The notes beneath the pieces are model-generated. The model did not search any database, was not told where the DNA came from, and saw only the letters and a list, made by a program, of their open reading frames with translations. Source: Candidatus Parcubacteria bacterium (GTDB lineage: Bacteria > Patescibacteriota > Minisyncoccia > Phycocordibacterales > CAIJYI01). Taken from it: 64,000 nt of DNA. Location: assembly GCA_026395595.1 (NCBI GenBank), contig JAPLYL010000003.1:76136-140135 (forward strand), written 5' to 3'. Positions within the stretch are counted from its first letter, which is position 1. Every line of letters starts with the position of its first letter. Position numbers and translations under genes: made by a program. This document shows, piece after piece, positions 8,562 through 17,298 of this stretch.

Positions 8562-8635
8562 TGCGGGATCATCTAATGGTAGGATGCGACTCTCTGAAAG
8601 TCGTCATCTTGGTTCGAATCCAAGTCCCGCAGCCA
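8562..8635 (+). tRNA. tRNA-Gln with anticodon CUG.
   Basis: The fold was built by hand. The acceptor TGCGGGA pairs with TCCCGCA. The D-arm is ATCT/GGAT with loop AATGGTA. The anticodon stem is CGACT/AGTCG with loop CTCTGAA. The T-arm is CTTGG-TTCGAAT-CCAAG. Discriminator G and CCA are encoded. Confidence 0.85.
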
Positions 8636-8659
8636 ACACGTGCTAGCACGAGAGGAGTT

Positions 8660-9616
8660 ATGAATAAAAATAAAAACAGACATGTTGCCATTAAATTTCT
8701 TGAAACGGCAAGAAAAGCAACTTTTGAAGATTGCACCATAAATGGGGGCATTGATTTAGCAGGTTCTGGACATAAGTTTATTCATACCTCAATAAATGTC
8801 TTTAAACAAGAACACCCTTTTTGGTTTTGGTTTGCTTCTGCTGGAACTCTTATAGGTCTCCTTACTTCACTCATGTTCTTAGCACAATTTTTTGGATATC
8901 TTCCTCTTTCCCTGAAAGATAATATCGTGGCTCTTTCAGGGCCGGGAGCTGAAAAGCAACAAGGAATGGCACTGGTCGCTTCTCCTCTCCAATTAAAATC
9001 TGGTTACATATCGGAAAAAACAAATAAATACGATATAAGTATTAAAGTTCCTATTTTTAACAATTCAAAAATAGACGATATTGTCCGCTCAGCTATTGAT
9101 GAAAAAATTGAAAAAATAAAATATAATCACTCCCTTGATAAAGATGAGTATATACAAAAATTAACCCTATACGGTGATTATGAAACTCCTTATGTTTCGG
9201 ATAGTATAATTAGCATAAAGTTTAATTTAGGTCAAAGTTATATATTTTCGGATGGCGGGTCTTCAATGGGTAATCTTAATTTGGCGTATGGGATAAACAT
9301 TGATACAAAGAATAACAAAGTTATCACCTTGTCTGATGAATTAAAATCTTTCGGTATAAATATTCGCCAGTTATCTGAAAGAATTAAAGAAAAACTATTT
9401 GAAAAGTATAAAATACGTGATTTACACTCAGACACAGGTTTAGATCCTTTTGGTTCAAATTATTCTGAATTCGTAATCTCAGACGAAAGAGTAACTTTTC
9501 TCTTTCAGGGGTTTCAAATAGATTCTTTAGGAAAATGTATGCCAGAAATTTCATTTACGACAGATGGTGGATTTTTAGACATTACTGATGCTACAAATTG
9601 GTGTTCGGGCAATTAA
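8660..9616 (+). CDS. Hypothetical membrane-anchored protein. Its start was re-assigned to the ATG after an AGAGGAG Shine-Dalgarno sequence, because the track ORF from 8561 overlaps the tRNA.
   Basis: There is an RBS agaggag followed by ATG. One TM helix is present (FWFWFASAGTLIGLLTSLMFLAQFF). No homology was recognised. Confidence 0.5.
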   Translation: MNKNKNRHVAIKFLETARKATFEDCTINGGIDLAGSGHKFIHTSINVFKQEHPFWFWFASAGTLIGLLTSLMFLAQFFGYLPLSLKDNIVALSGPGAEKQQGMALVASPLQLKSGYISEKTNKYDISIKVPIFNNSKIDDIVRSAIDEKIEKIKYNHSLDKDEYIQKLTLYGDYETPYVSDSIISIKFNLGQSYIFSDGGSSMGNLNLAYGINIDTKNNKVITLSDELKSFGINIRQLSERIKEKLFEKYKIRDLHSDTGLDPFGSNYSEFVISDERVTFLFQGFQIDSLGKCMPEISFTTDGGFLDITDATNWCSGN

Positions 9617-9693
9617 AAAGAGGGTAACCACACAATCTCTCCTGAACTATATCGTATTTCCACCAAATATCACTAATCAATTTCTGTAGATTT

Positions 9694-10737
9694 ATGAGAG
9701 TATATTTAGATACCCGTGGCAGATTCACAATTGGCATTCCGGACCATTGGATTTGTCGAGAAGAAGATACCGCTAATGGAAATCCCGTTACGTTTGATTT
9801 AGGCGATAAATCAGATGATTATTTTCAGATAAGTTGTTTTTCCACGAACCAAGGTATCGTCTCAAAAGTAGGGCATCATTATGTGGAGAATAAGTATTCG
9901 GATTCCCCAATAGTTTTTTTGAGACGAGTCATTCATATAGCAGATATGGTAACGACGGTCTTTGAGGCAAAGGTGGAGGGTCATTTTATATTAGTCACTC
10001 ATATCACATCAAAAAAGCAGATCCATTCTAAAACCACTAAAAAACACCTCCATCAAATTGAGCGGACACTGGAAAAGCTTCGTGTCGTTAATCCGTCAAG
10101 TTGGGCGTACGTTTCGACACACGCAAAATATAATAGATTCATGGTTTCTTTACTTGCGGCTATCGATTTGACAAACAAGGCACAGGAAAACGGATCATCA
10201 ATCGAATTGGTTATTCTTTATGCAAATCAGATTGATGCACACCTTCGTTTGGCACTGATACTACAAGAGCAGTTACAAAATTCTACGGATAATATTGACG
10301 CCACCCTCATTTTTCAAGGAAAGACGGATAAGCCGATATTTGAAAAAGAAATATATGAACGCGCTTTAAATCAAGGGGTGATTGAAAAATCTTTATACGA
10401 AAGGCTAAAAAATTTGTATGAATTGAGAAACGGAGTAGTGCATAGGTACATTATCTCAGACCTGAAAACAAACGACATTGTAAAACTTGTTGTCGATTAT
10501 ATGGATATTCATGAAATACTTGGAAAAAAGCTTTCAGCGCTTGAACAAGAACAATTTGAGAAAAATATTGGTATTTATGGTGGCGGAAATAATCCTACAA
10601 ATCCAATTGAAATTACTCAGATGAGGGGGCTGTTGACAGAATTGAAAGAAAAGCACAATAATGCACAAATTATAAAAGAAATGACAATTAAGGTAGAGGC
10701 GAATAATTCGCGGTCTAGTAAACCTAATGAGAAATAA
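9694..10737 (+). CDS. Hypothetical protein whose C-terminal region has an Rx4H motif (ELRNGVVHRY) consistent with a HEPN-type fold.
   Basis: It is a 347-aa intact ORF. The RNxxxH motif sits in a helical context. The HEPN assignment is inference from motif only. Confidence 0.5.
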   Translation: MRVYLDTRGRFTIGIPDHWICREEDTANGNPVTFDLGDKSDDYFQISCFSTNQGIVSKVGHHYVENKYSDSPIVFLRRVIHIADMVTTVFEAKVEGHFILVTHITSKKQIHSKTTKKHLHQIERTLEKLRVVNPSSWAYVSTHAKYNRFMVSLLAAIDLTNKAQENGSSIELVILYANQIDAHLRLALILQEQLQNSTDNIDATLIFQGKTDKPIFEKEIYERALNQGVIEKSLYERLKNLYELRNGVVHRYIISDLKTNDIVKLVVDYMDIHEILGKKLSALEQEQFEKNIGIYGGGNNPTNPIEITQMRGLLTELKEKHNNAQIIKEMTIKVEANNSRSSKPNEK

Positions 10738-10760
10738 AGCGTGTCATATTTGTCGCTTTT

Positions 10761-11567
10761 ATGAATCCACAAAATAAATCGTTAAAAGAAGAATTTCTAA
10801 AGCTTAAAAATGAAGTTGAGCCTTATATTCAGAATGGTCGAGTAAAAGACAAGAGCCATTTACAAAGCTACTTATACTTTGCTTACTACCCACTATTTAG
10901 TTTCGTAGAGTCAATATTAATTCTTTGTGAGAGTGGAAAATTCCGTAGTGCCGAATCACTCTTACGGTCGCTTATCGAGCTGCATATAAACGTCATTTAC
11001 TACCAAGTAGCTGACTCTGATCGCAGGCTTGCTATTTCCGTGAAAAAAGATCTTGAGGAGAAAATAACCGGGATTAGAGGAATTAGAGAGCTAATACGAA
11101 AATATCCTAATCTGAAATCCGACAACCCTAAAGACTTATTCAGTAATGAATGGCTAAAGGAAGCTGAAGACTGGGCAGAAGAACGACGACAAGCTATTTT
11201 GCGGGGAAATCACCTAATCAAGGCCGATAATGATTTGAGTTTAAAGGATAAGGCAATTAAGTGTGACCAGGCGAAAATGAAAGATATTGAAGCTGGGCAC
11301 TTTGAGCGAATGTATCATATGATTTACCGTCAGCTCTCACCATCGACGCACTTAAACATTGGTGGCATACAAGGTTTTGTTGATCAGAAAGAAGGGGGTA
11401 ATTATTTATTTAGTGATGGAGGTCAAAAAGATTACTACTTAATGCAAGAAGCTATTGCAATTTGTGTGGCCTTAACCAAGGATCTTTATGAAAATGGAGT
11501 GATTGTTGCAAAACTTCCAGATACTATTGGTCGCCTTGAAAAACTTCTAACTCGGAATTTGAGATAG
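10761..11567 (+). CDS. Hypothetical protein of 268 aa.
   Basis: It is an intact ORF 23 nt downstream of the previous gene and probably co-transcribed. It has an Rx6H-like segment (RQLSPSTH). No family was recognised. Confidence 0.5.
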   Translation: MNPQNKSLKEEFLKLKNEVEPYIQNGRVKDKSHLQSYLYFAYYPLFSFVESILILCESGKFRSAESLLRSLIELHINVIYYQVADSDRRLAISVKKDLEEKITGIRGIRELIRKYPNLKSDNPKDLFSNEWLKEAEDWAEERRQAILRGNHLIKADNDLSLKDKAIKCDQAKMKDIEAGHFERMYHMIYRQLSPSTHLNIGGIQGFVDQKEGGNYLFSDGGQKDYYLMQEAIAICVALTKDLYENGVIVAKLPDTIGRLEKLLTRNLR

Positions 11568-11649
11568 TCACGATTCTTTTTAATATCTCTTAATTTTCGG
11601 AATCGGGATTAGTCCCTAATCTTTGTGAAAGTATTGGTTAATTTCAACT

Positions 11650-12252
11650 ATGAACAAAAAACAAACAACAATCCTCGAAACTTTTAAAACAAACGTAGAT
11701 ATTGATACACTTCGTTGTGATGCTGATAAAATTGTCATTTCGCATGATACTTCTTATTTTATTTCATATCCGGAATTTATTAAATATTTCAGCGACATAA
11801 AACAGATTTCAAAACACAATGTTATTATCGGTATAAATTTTACCTACGGTTGGATGCCGACGATTTTCAATTTTCGGTCGAAAGATTTTGATAATGTGGT
11901 ATTAATTCTGAATAATGCTAAGAAGGGTATAGTTCCGCAAGTCCACGAGTTAGAGACGTTAAAAAAATGTTTTAATAATTCTCTTGTTGGGACATCAAAA
12001 CTTTTACATTTTATAAATCCCGAAATATTTGCAATCTGGGACAGCCGAGTGTATCGGTATTTAACAAATCATAGAGCTTATAATTATCACCTTAATAATT
12101 ATGAATCATATTTAGCTTATTTAGAATTTTGTAAATATATAACAAATCAGCCCGGTTTCGATTATATTCATAATTCTATCATTAAAAAAATGGGGAATGA
12201 AATAACAAAATATCGAACCGCAGAACTCGTTATGTTTTTATCTGTACAATAA
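11650..12252 (+). CDS. Hypothetical protein of 200 aa.
   Basis: It is an intact ORF with an AT-rich codon usage like the neighbouring island genes. Confidence 0.45.
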   Translation: MNKKQTTILETFKTNVDIDTLRCDADKIVISHDTSYFISYPEFIKYFSDIKQISKHNVIIGINFTYGWMPTIFNFRSKDFDNVVLILNNAKKGIVPQVHELETLKKCFNNSLVGTSKLLHFINPEIFAIWDSRVYRYLTNHRAYNYHLNNYESYLAYLEFCKYITNQPGFDYIHNSIIKKMGNEITKYRTAELVMFLSVQ

Positions 12253-12264
12253 GTATTTAAAAAT

Positions 12265-12447
12265 ATGAAAACACCTGAAACTTGTTTGTCCTGTAACAAA
12301 CTTTATTTAAAAAACCAGAATGATGTAGGAAAATTATGTTCAGAATGTGTATTGGATGAATCAATGCATGAATACCTGCAAGCATTGAGAAAGATTGAGC
12401 GCCGTTTGACTTTTGTTGAATGGTTGTTTGTTTTAGCAAAAGGTTAA
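12265..12447 (+). CDS. Small zinc-ribbon protein (CLSC...CSEC).
   Basis: It is 60 aa with two CxxC pairs. It starts 12 nt after the previous gene. Confidence 0.4.
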   Translation: MKTPETCLSCNKLYLKNQNDVGKLCSECVLDESMHEYLQALRKIERRLTFVEWLFVLAKG

Positions 12448-12504
12448 TTTTATGTGAAAAATTCGGGGCACGATTCTTTTTAAAACTTATGATATAATCA
12501 ATAA

Positions 12505-13257
12505 ATGGAAAAAATAAAAAAGCGACTTCCCGGACAATCTCTCGATGAAAAACTTCAAGATTTTGTTGATGAAAAACTTATTTTTTATCTTTTTTATATC
12601 ACTGTAATTGTGATTGTTATTATTGGAGAATGGGTCCGTTTCTTTTGGAAATTTGAACCGCACCCGGTGGTAATTTCGATTGTTGGTTTAATTGTAGTAA
12701 TTTATCTTGTAAACCAAATTTTTAATAATCTAAAGGATGTCAAAAAGTTAAAAAAGGGGAGAGACGGAGAAAGAGAAGTCGGTCAGTATCTTGAGGAAAT
12801 GCGGTCGACGGGTGCACTCATTTTTCACGATATCCTTGGGCCGAATTTCAATATAGATCATGTCATTGTGTCACCGCATGGAATTTTTACTGTAGAGACG
12901 AAAACCTGGAGTAAGCGAGCCAAAAATGAGTCAATAAAGTTTGATGGAAAACATTTAATCGTAAATGGATATTCTCCAGACAGAGATCCTCTTGCTCAAT
13001 CGCTCGCTCAATCTCAATGGTTGAAAAATCTCTTGAAAGAAAGTACTGGAAAAGAATTTATTGTGAACCCTGTAATCGTTTTCAATGGGTGGTTTGTAGA
13101 GTCAGAAACAACTCGTCAGGTTAAAGAATATGGAGTCTTAGTTTTAAATCCAAAAGCCTTGCCGTCATTTGTGAATAATAATTTTACTAACATGAGTAAT
13201 GAAGATTTGCATTTAATCGCCTATCATCTCGCTCGCCATATACAATCACCAATTTAA
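12505..13257 (+). CDS. NERD (nuclease-related domain) protein with an N-terminal double TM anchor.
   Basis: The NERD signature is GRDGEREVGQYL ... FHDI ... IDHVIVSPHGIFTVETKTW. Two N-terminal hydrophobic helices are present. Confidence 0.65.
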   Translation: MEKIKKRLPGQSLDEKLQDFVDEKLIFYLFYITVIVIVIIGEWVRFFWKFEPHPVVISIVGLIVVIYLVNQIFNNLKDVKKLKKGRDGEREVGQYLEEMRSTGALIFHDILGPNFNIDHVIVSPHGIFTVETKTWSKRAKNESIKFDGKHLIVNGYSPDRDPLAQSLAQSQWLKNLLKESTGKEFIVNPVIVFNGWFVESETTRQVKEYGVLVLNPKALPSFVNNNFTNMSNEDLHLIAYHLARHIQSPI

Positions 13258-13342
13258 CGGATTCATGAATTAAAGCTGCCCCCATTCCTTGCTAGCACGA
13301 GAACAATTTTAGAATAATATTTCTCGGTAGTATTTTAAATAT

Positions 13343-13993
13343 ATGAAATTATCTCTTCAAAAAACATTATTTTCTATTGCCTCAGAGATGCAGGTAAAAG
13401 GCGACCCTTCGCATGATTTTTCTCATGTTGAGAGAGTTTTACACTTGGCAGTAGATATTGCAAAAACAGTGAATGCTGATTTAGATATTGTTATTCCAGC
13501 CGCTTTATTTCACGATATTATTGTGTATAAAAAAGACAGCAAGGAAAGTAAAAATGAAGCGAACGAAAGTGCTGATGTTGCAGAAAAAGTACTACGAAGT
13601 ATGTCGGAATATCCAAACAAAAAGGTAGAGTCAGTAAAGACCTGTATAACTCAATGTTCCTTTTCAAAAGGCATCACGCCAACCCTCTTGGAAGCAAAGG
13701 TACTTCAAGATGCCGACCGATTGGAAGCGACAGGTGCTATTTCTATCATGCGAACATTTGCCTCTTGTGGTCAGATGGGGAGACCTTTTTACTCAAAAGA
13801 TGACCCGTTGTGCAAAAAAGAAGCGATACCTTTTCGTTCCGGTATTGATTTGTTCTATAACAGACTTCTTATCGTTGAGAGTATGATGCATACGAAATAT
13901 ACCAAAAAAATAGCAAGACAAAGAACAAAATTTCTTAAACAATTTCTTGCTCAGTTTGAAAAGGAATTGAAGGAATCGGGAATCATTGAATAA
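13343..13993 (+). CDS. HD-domain phosphohydrolase.
   Basis: The H...HD...D metal-binding pattern is present (FSHVERV, LFHDI, QDADRLEATG). Confidence 0.65.
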   Translation: MKLSLQKTLFSIASEMQVKGDPSHDFSHVERVLHLAVDIAKTVNADLDIVIPAALFHDIIVYKKDSKESKNEANESADVAEKVLRSMSEYPNKKVESVKTCITQCSFSKGITPTLLEAKVLQDADRLEATGAISIMRTFASCGQMGRPFYSKDDPLCKKEAIPFRSGIDLFYNRLLIVESMMHTKYTKKIARQRTKFLKQFLAQFEKELKESGIIE

Positions 13994-14015
13994 TATTATT
14001 CTAAACAAAAATAGC

Positions 14016-14120
14016 CGCCCGAGAGCCGTCGATGTGATATTCTTAAATTAAGTAAATCCGCCTTGCAGGGCTTGGTTTCGCACGGTTCCAGTCCGGGGAC
14101 GACAGCCAAATCGTGCTATG
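14016..14120. repeat. Island repeat family C, copy 1. It starts 23 nt after the HD gene stop.
   Basis: Conserved blocks are shared with copies at 16062-16165, 16950-16975 (partial) and 18272-18397. They are CGAGAGCCGTCG, GGCTTGGTTTCGCA, a T-arm-like GGTTCCAGTCC, and CGACAGC. Confidence 0.6.
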
Positions 14121-14189
14121 TTATTTCGCTCGAGATGCATCGATAAATAGAAAATAACATCAAAATGTCGTAGGTGATAAAATTCATAA

Positions 14190-16052
14190 ATGGGAAACGA
14201 ATCAAGCAAAACCTCTATTGAAGATTTGTTCGTCTCTCCAAAAGACGCGTCTTTTTATAACTATGTGCTGGTCTTGGTTCGACCCAAGGGTGTATCCCGA
14301 TTTGCCGACCCACTTTGGGTGGCATATAGCCAATTTCTCAGATCAGAAAAGTTCAAGCTTACGGAGGATTTACTGATTGAAACGCTTTCTCTCGTTTTTA
14401 ACCTTAGTGAACACAAAGCAAATAGGGAGTATCACCCATTTCCTTTTGGTAAGTCGCTTAGTGAAGGCAAGAGAGTCACTGTTGCCCTCCTCAAAAAGAA
14501 TGGGCAAGAGACGCTCGCGCAGGTAATTGAGGAGAACTTCCCTGAAGAAGCTACCTACGGACTAGAAGCATCAGCACCACTTTCAGACTTCCTGCAAGAG
14601 CTTACGAATCGTTATTTTCAGGCACGACTGGATTTCAATAAGACACCTGGAAGGCTTCTATATAAAATGCCTCATTTTGAGGTTTTCGAGGTGTTGAAGG
14701 ATGACACTTACGGTTTGTACGGATTCAATATGTACTTCTCTAACGGTTCACATGCTAACTACGAACGTACAGGAGAACGCACAACGGGAATCAATGTCCT
14801 TACTGACTATCCAATAAACTACAATGTCGGTCTAATAGATGACCTAAAACGAGAATGGAAAGTAGGAACCCAACGTGCCTATGAGGTAGGAATATCAGGA
14901 AGATACAACGATTGGGGAGAGTGGATGCCGCTTGTATATCCAGGCGACAACCACCAGATGTTTCTAACTGAAAGTGAACGAATAGCTGGAGACGATCATC
15001 AGGTTGCGGGAATACTCTTCTATATCATGTGTACTGGTCACCGAATCATAGAATTCGCTGTCAAAACCCCCATTGAACTTCCAAACAAGTATTTCTCGCT
15101 TGGAAGCAGAATGCACATGTATAAATGCGAACCACTCGACCAGACCAGCCATAGTGCGAGGGACTTTCATATTTATGACGGCCACTACGAACTTGATGAC
15201 TTAGACCCTAAGACCATAAGAAACGCAATTGCTTCAATCAATGTTGGCTTAAATCGAATGGCCTTTTCCTACGACTCTAGTGTTGATTGGTGCATCAAGT
15301 ATTCAATCTATAAAGAAGGAGGTCATTCAAAACCAACTCCCACCAATGAACAATTGGATGTGCTTAATTCGATGTTAGTAGACTTTCCAGACACAGAGGA
15401 TGCCATTGTATTGGATATCTGTATTGACTGGTTTCACCGTGGAGAACTTGCCCGACGTAAGAATGTATTTCTTGCTTTCCTGTCCTATTACATCGCATTA
15501 GAGAGTGTCGCAACAGCTATTGCTGATGGCGATGCTGACTTAGGTTTGGGATACGTCAAGGAAACAAAGGCCGAACGCAAAACCCGAGTTGTTTCTGAGA
15601 TACAGAAACTCCATGACGAACTCTATAATTCAGACCCACAGAAGTTTATTGAACGAGCCTATTTTGAACAGGTTGTCGGCTTAAAGGCCAAGACTCGAAA
15701 GGTCATGGAGTTGGTATTTGGTACTGACCATGCGTATGTAAAAACTTTATTTGAAAAAGTAGACGGCAAGGAATCTATATATGACTTACGAGGAGAACTT
15801 GCTCATGGGGGCATCACATTACTAGACTCTAGTCATCAAAAGAGGATTCGGGAACGACTTCCTGAACTCGCGGAGATAGTGAGGGAGTTTGTTAGGAAAA
15901 TAATTGTGAAGCCTGGTCAGGAACTTCCGCGATGGACAGGTGGAAGCACGTTCTCTGTGTTTCCAAGCGATCCAAGAGACATGATGATTTCCTCGGATAT
16001 GAGAATGTATGAAAGGCTCGACTGGAAAATTAAGCCAGAATGGTTCGATTAA
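14190..16052 (+). CDS. Hypothetical protein of 620 aa from a higher-GC (about 45%) foreign block. The N-terminus is MGNESSK.
   Basis: It is a long intact ORF whose composition differs from the flanking AT-rich genes. No family was recognised. Confidence 0.6.
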   Translation: MGNESSKTSIEDLFVSPKDASFYNYVLVLVRPKGVSRFADPLWVAYSQFLRSEKFKLTEDLLIETLSLVFNLSEHKANREYHPFPFGKSLSEGKRVTVALLKKNGQETLAQVIEENFPEEATYGLEASAPLSDFLQELTNRYFQARLDFNKTPGRLLYKMPHFEVFEVLKDDTYGLYGFNMYFSNGSHANYERTGERTTGINVLTDYPINYNVGLIDDLKREWKVGTQRAYEVGISGRYNDWGEWMPLVYPGDNHQMFLTESERIAGDDHQVAGILFYIMCTGHRIIEFAVKTPIELPNKYFSLGSRMHMYKCEPLDQTSHSARDFHIYDGHYELDDLDPKTIRNAIASINVGLNRMAFSYDSSVDWCIKYSIYKEGGHSKPTPTNEQLDVLNSMLVDFPDTEDAIVLDICIDWFHRGELARRKNVFLAFLSYYIALESVATAIADGDADLGLGYVKETKAERKTRVVSEIQKLHDELYNSDPQKFIERAYFEQVVGLKAKTRKVMELVFGTDHAYVKTLFEKVDGKESIYDLRGELAHGGITLLDSSHQKRIRERLPELAEIVREFVRKIIVKPGQELPRWTGGSTFSVFPSDPRDMMISSDMRMYERLDWKIKPEWFD

Positions 16053-16061
16053 TTCCTGGGT

Positions 16062-16165
16062 GCTCGAGACTCGTCGTTTTTGATTCTAGAAACTTACCAA
16101 ACTGACTAACCCAGGCTTGGTTCTATCCGGTTCTAACTCGAGACGGACAGCCGGTTTGAGCTAGC
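16062..16165. repeat. Island repeat family C, copy 2 (divergent). It starts 10 nt after the stop of the 620-aa gene.
   Basis: It shares ctcgagactcgtcg, aggcttggtt, ggttc and gacagcc with copies 1 and 3. Confidence 0.5.
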
Positions 16166-16208
16166 TCGAGTCGTTTCTCTTACGCCTGTTCTGCAATATA
16201 ATAAATAG

Positions 16209-16944
16209 ATGGAAAACTATTCCGAATTTTCAGACTCCCGTTTGGTAGGGATTTATGACACATTAAACCCCTTTTCTGCGGATACTAAATTTTATATAGA
16301 ACTTGCAACCAGCCTCAATAATTGTTGATATCGGTTGTGGTACCGGATTGCTTGCCTCTGAATTAGCCAAACGGGGTCACAAAGTAATTGGCGTCGAACC
16401 TGAAAAGACAATGCTTGAAGTTGCACGCAATCGACCTAATGGTGAACTTGTTCATTGGATTGAAGGCGATGCAACAAAAGTTGGGCAAACAAACGCCGAC
16501 CTTGCGATTATGACCGGTCATGTGGCTCAAGTATTTCTTGATGATAAAAAATGGAGAGAAACATTAAAGGCTATATACAAATCATTACGTGCATGTGGTA
16601 CTATTGCTTTTGAAAGTCGCAACCCGGTTGTTAAACCATGGGCTTCGTGGGTACCTGAAACATCTCGTCGAGAAAAGGTTGACCCAGTGTTTGGTAAGGT
16701 TGTTGTTTGGAGTCAGTTGCGAGAACTCAAAGATAATCGAGCACGATATGAAATGCATTACCATTTTGAAAAAACAGGAGAAGACCTTGTGTCAGTAAAT
16801 GAGATTATATTCCGTTCACAAAATGAGATAACCAAATCATTAATCGATGTAGGTTTTTCAGTACAAAGTATTTATGGCAGTTGGGACAGGGGTCTCGTCA
16901 ATGAAAAAAGTTCTGAATTGATTTTTGTTGCAGTACGGAACTAA
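16209..16944 (+). pseudogene. Class I SAM-dependent methyltransferase broken by a frameshift around 16300-16325.
   Basis: Frame 0 (16209-16328) encodes MENYSEFSDSRLVGIYDTLNPFSADTKFYIELA, a typical MTase N-terminus. Frame +1 from 16303 continues with motif I VDIGCGTG and the rest of the fold. The codons were checked by hand. Confidence 0.55.
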
Positions 16945-17298
16945 TTATTAGCGCCCGAGACGAGGGAATAGTGTCAGACCCATTTGTTTTATAAAAAATA
17001 TGGTCTAATTAAAGAAATTCTAGACATTCACTCTATTCACAAACCCCACTTATCAAAACTAAAAAATACGCTCATGAACCTCCGGAACTTTTTTATTGGG
17101 AGAGCCATCGGTTTTTTGGTTGTTCTCGTTATCGCCCTTTTTTGGTTTCTGTTGTTTAAGTAGGAAAGCGGAAATTCGGAAATTCAGGCTGTCACGATTT
17201 CTTCACAAAACTCTAGTCGGGCATTAAAAAATCAAAATGGCCCGCGATTTTTTGTGTGGTATTATGTCTGCATAAACGCGTAAAATTAAGACGAAACG

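Noticed and set aside
11569-11583. 15-mer cacgattctttttaa repeated after two island genes (also at 12468-12482).
   Set aside because: It is short and AT-rich, and a chance match is plausible. It is noted only as a possible shared 3' UTR motif.
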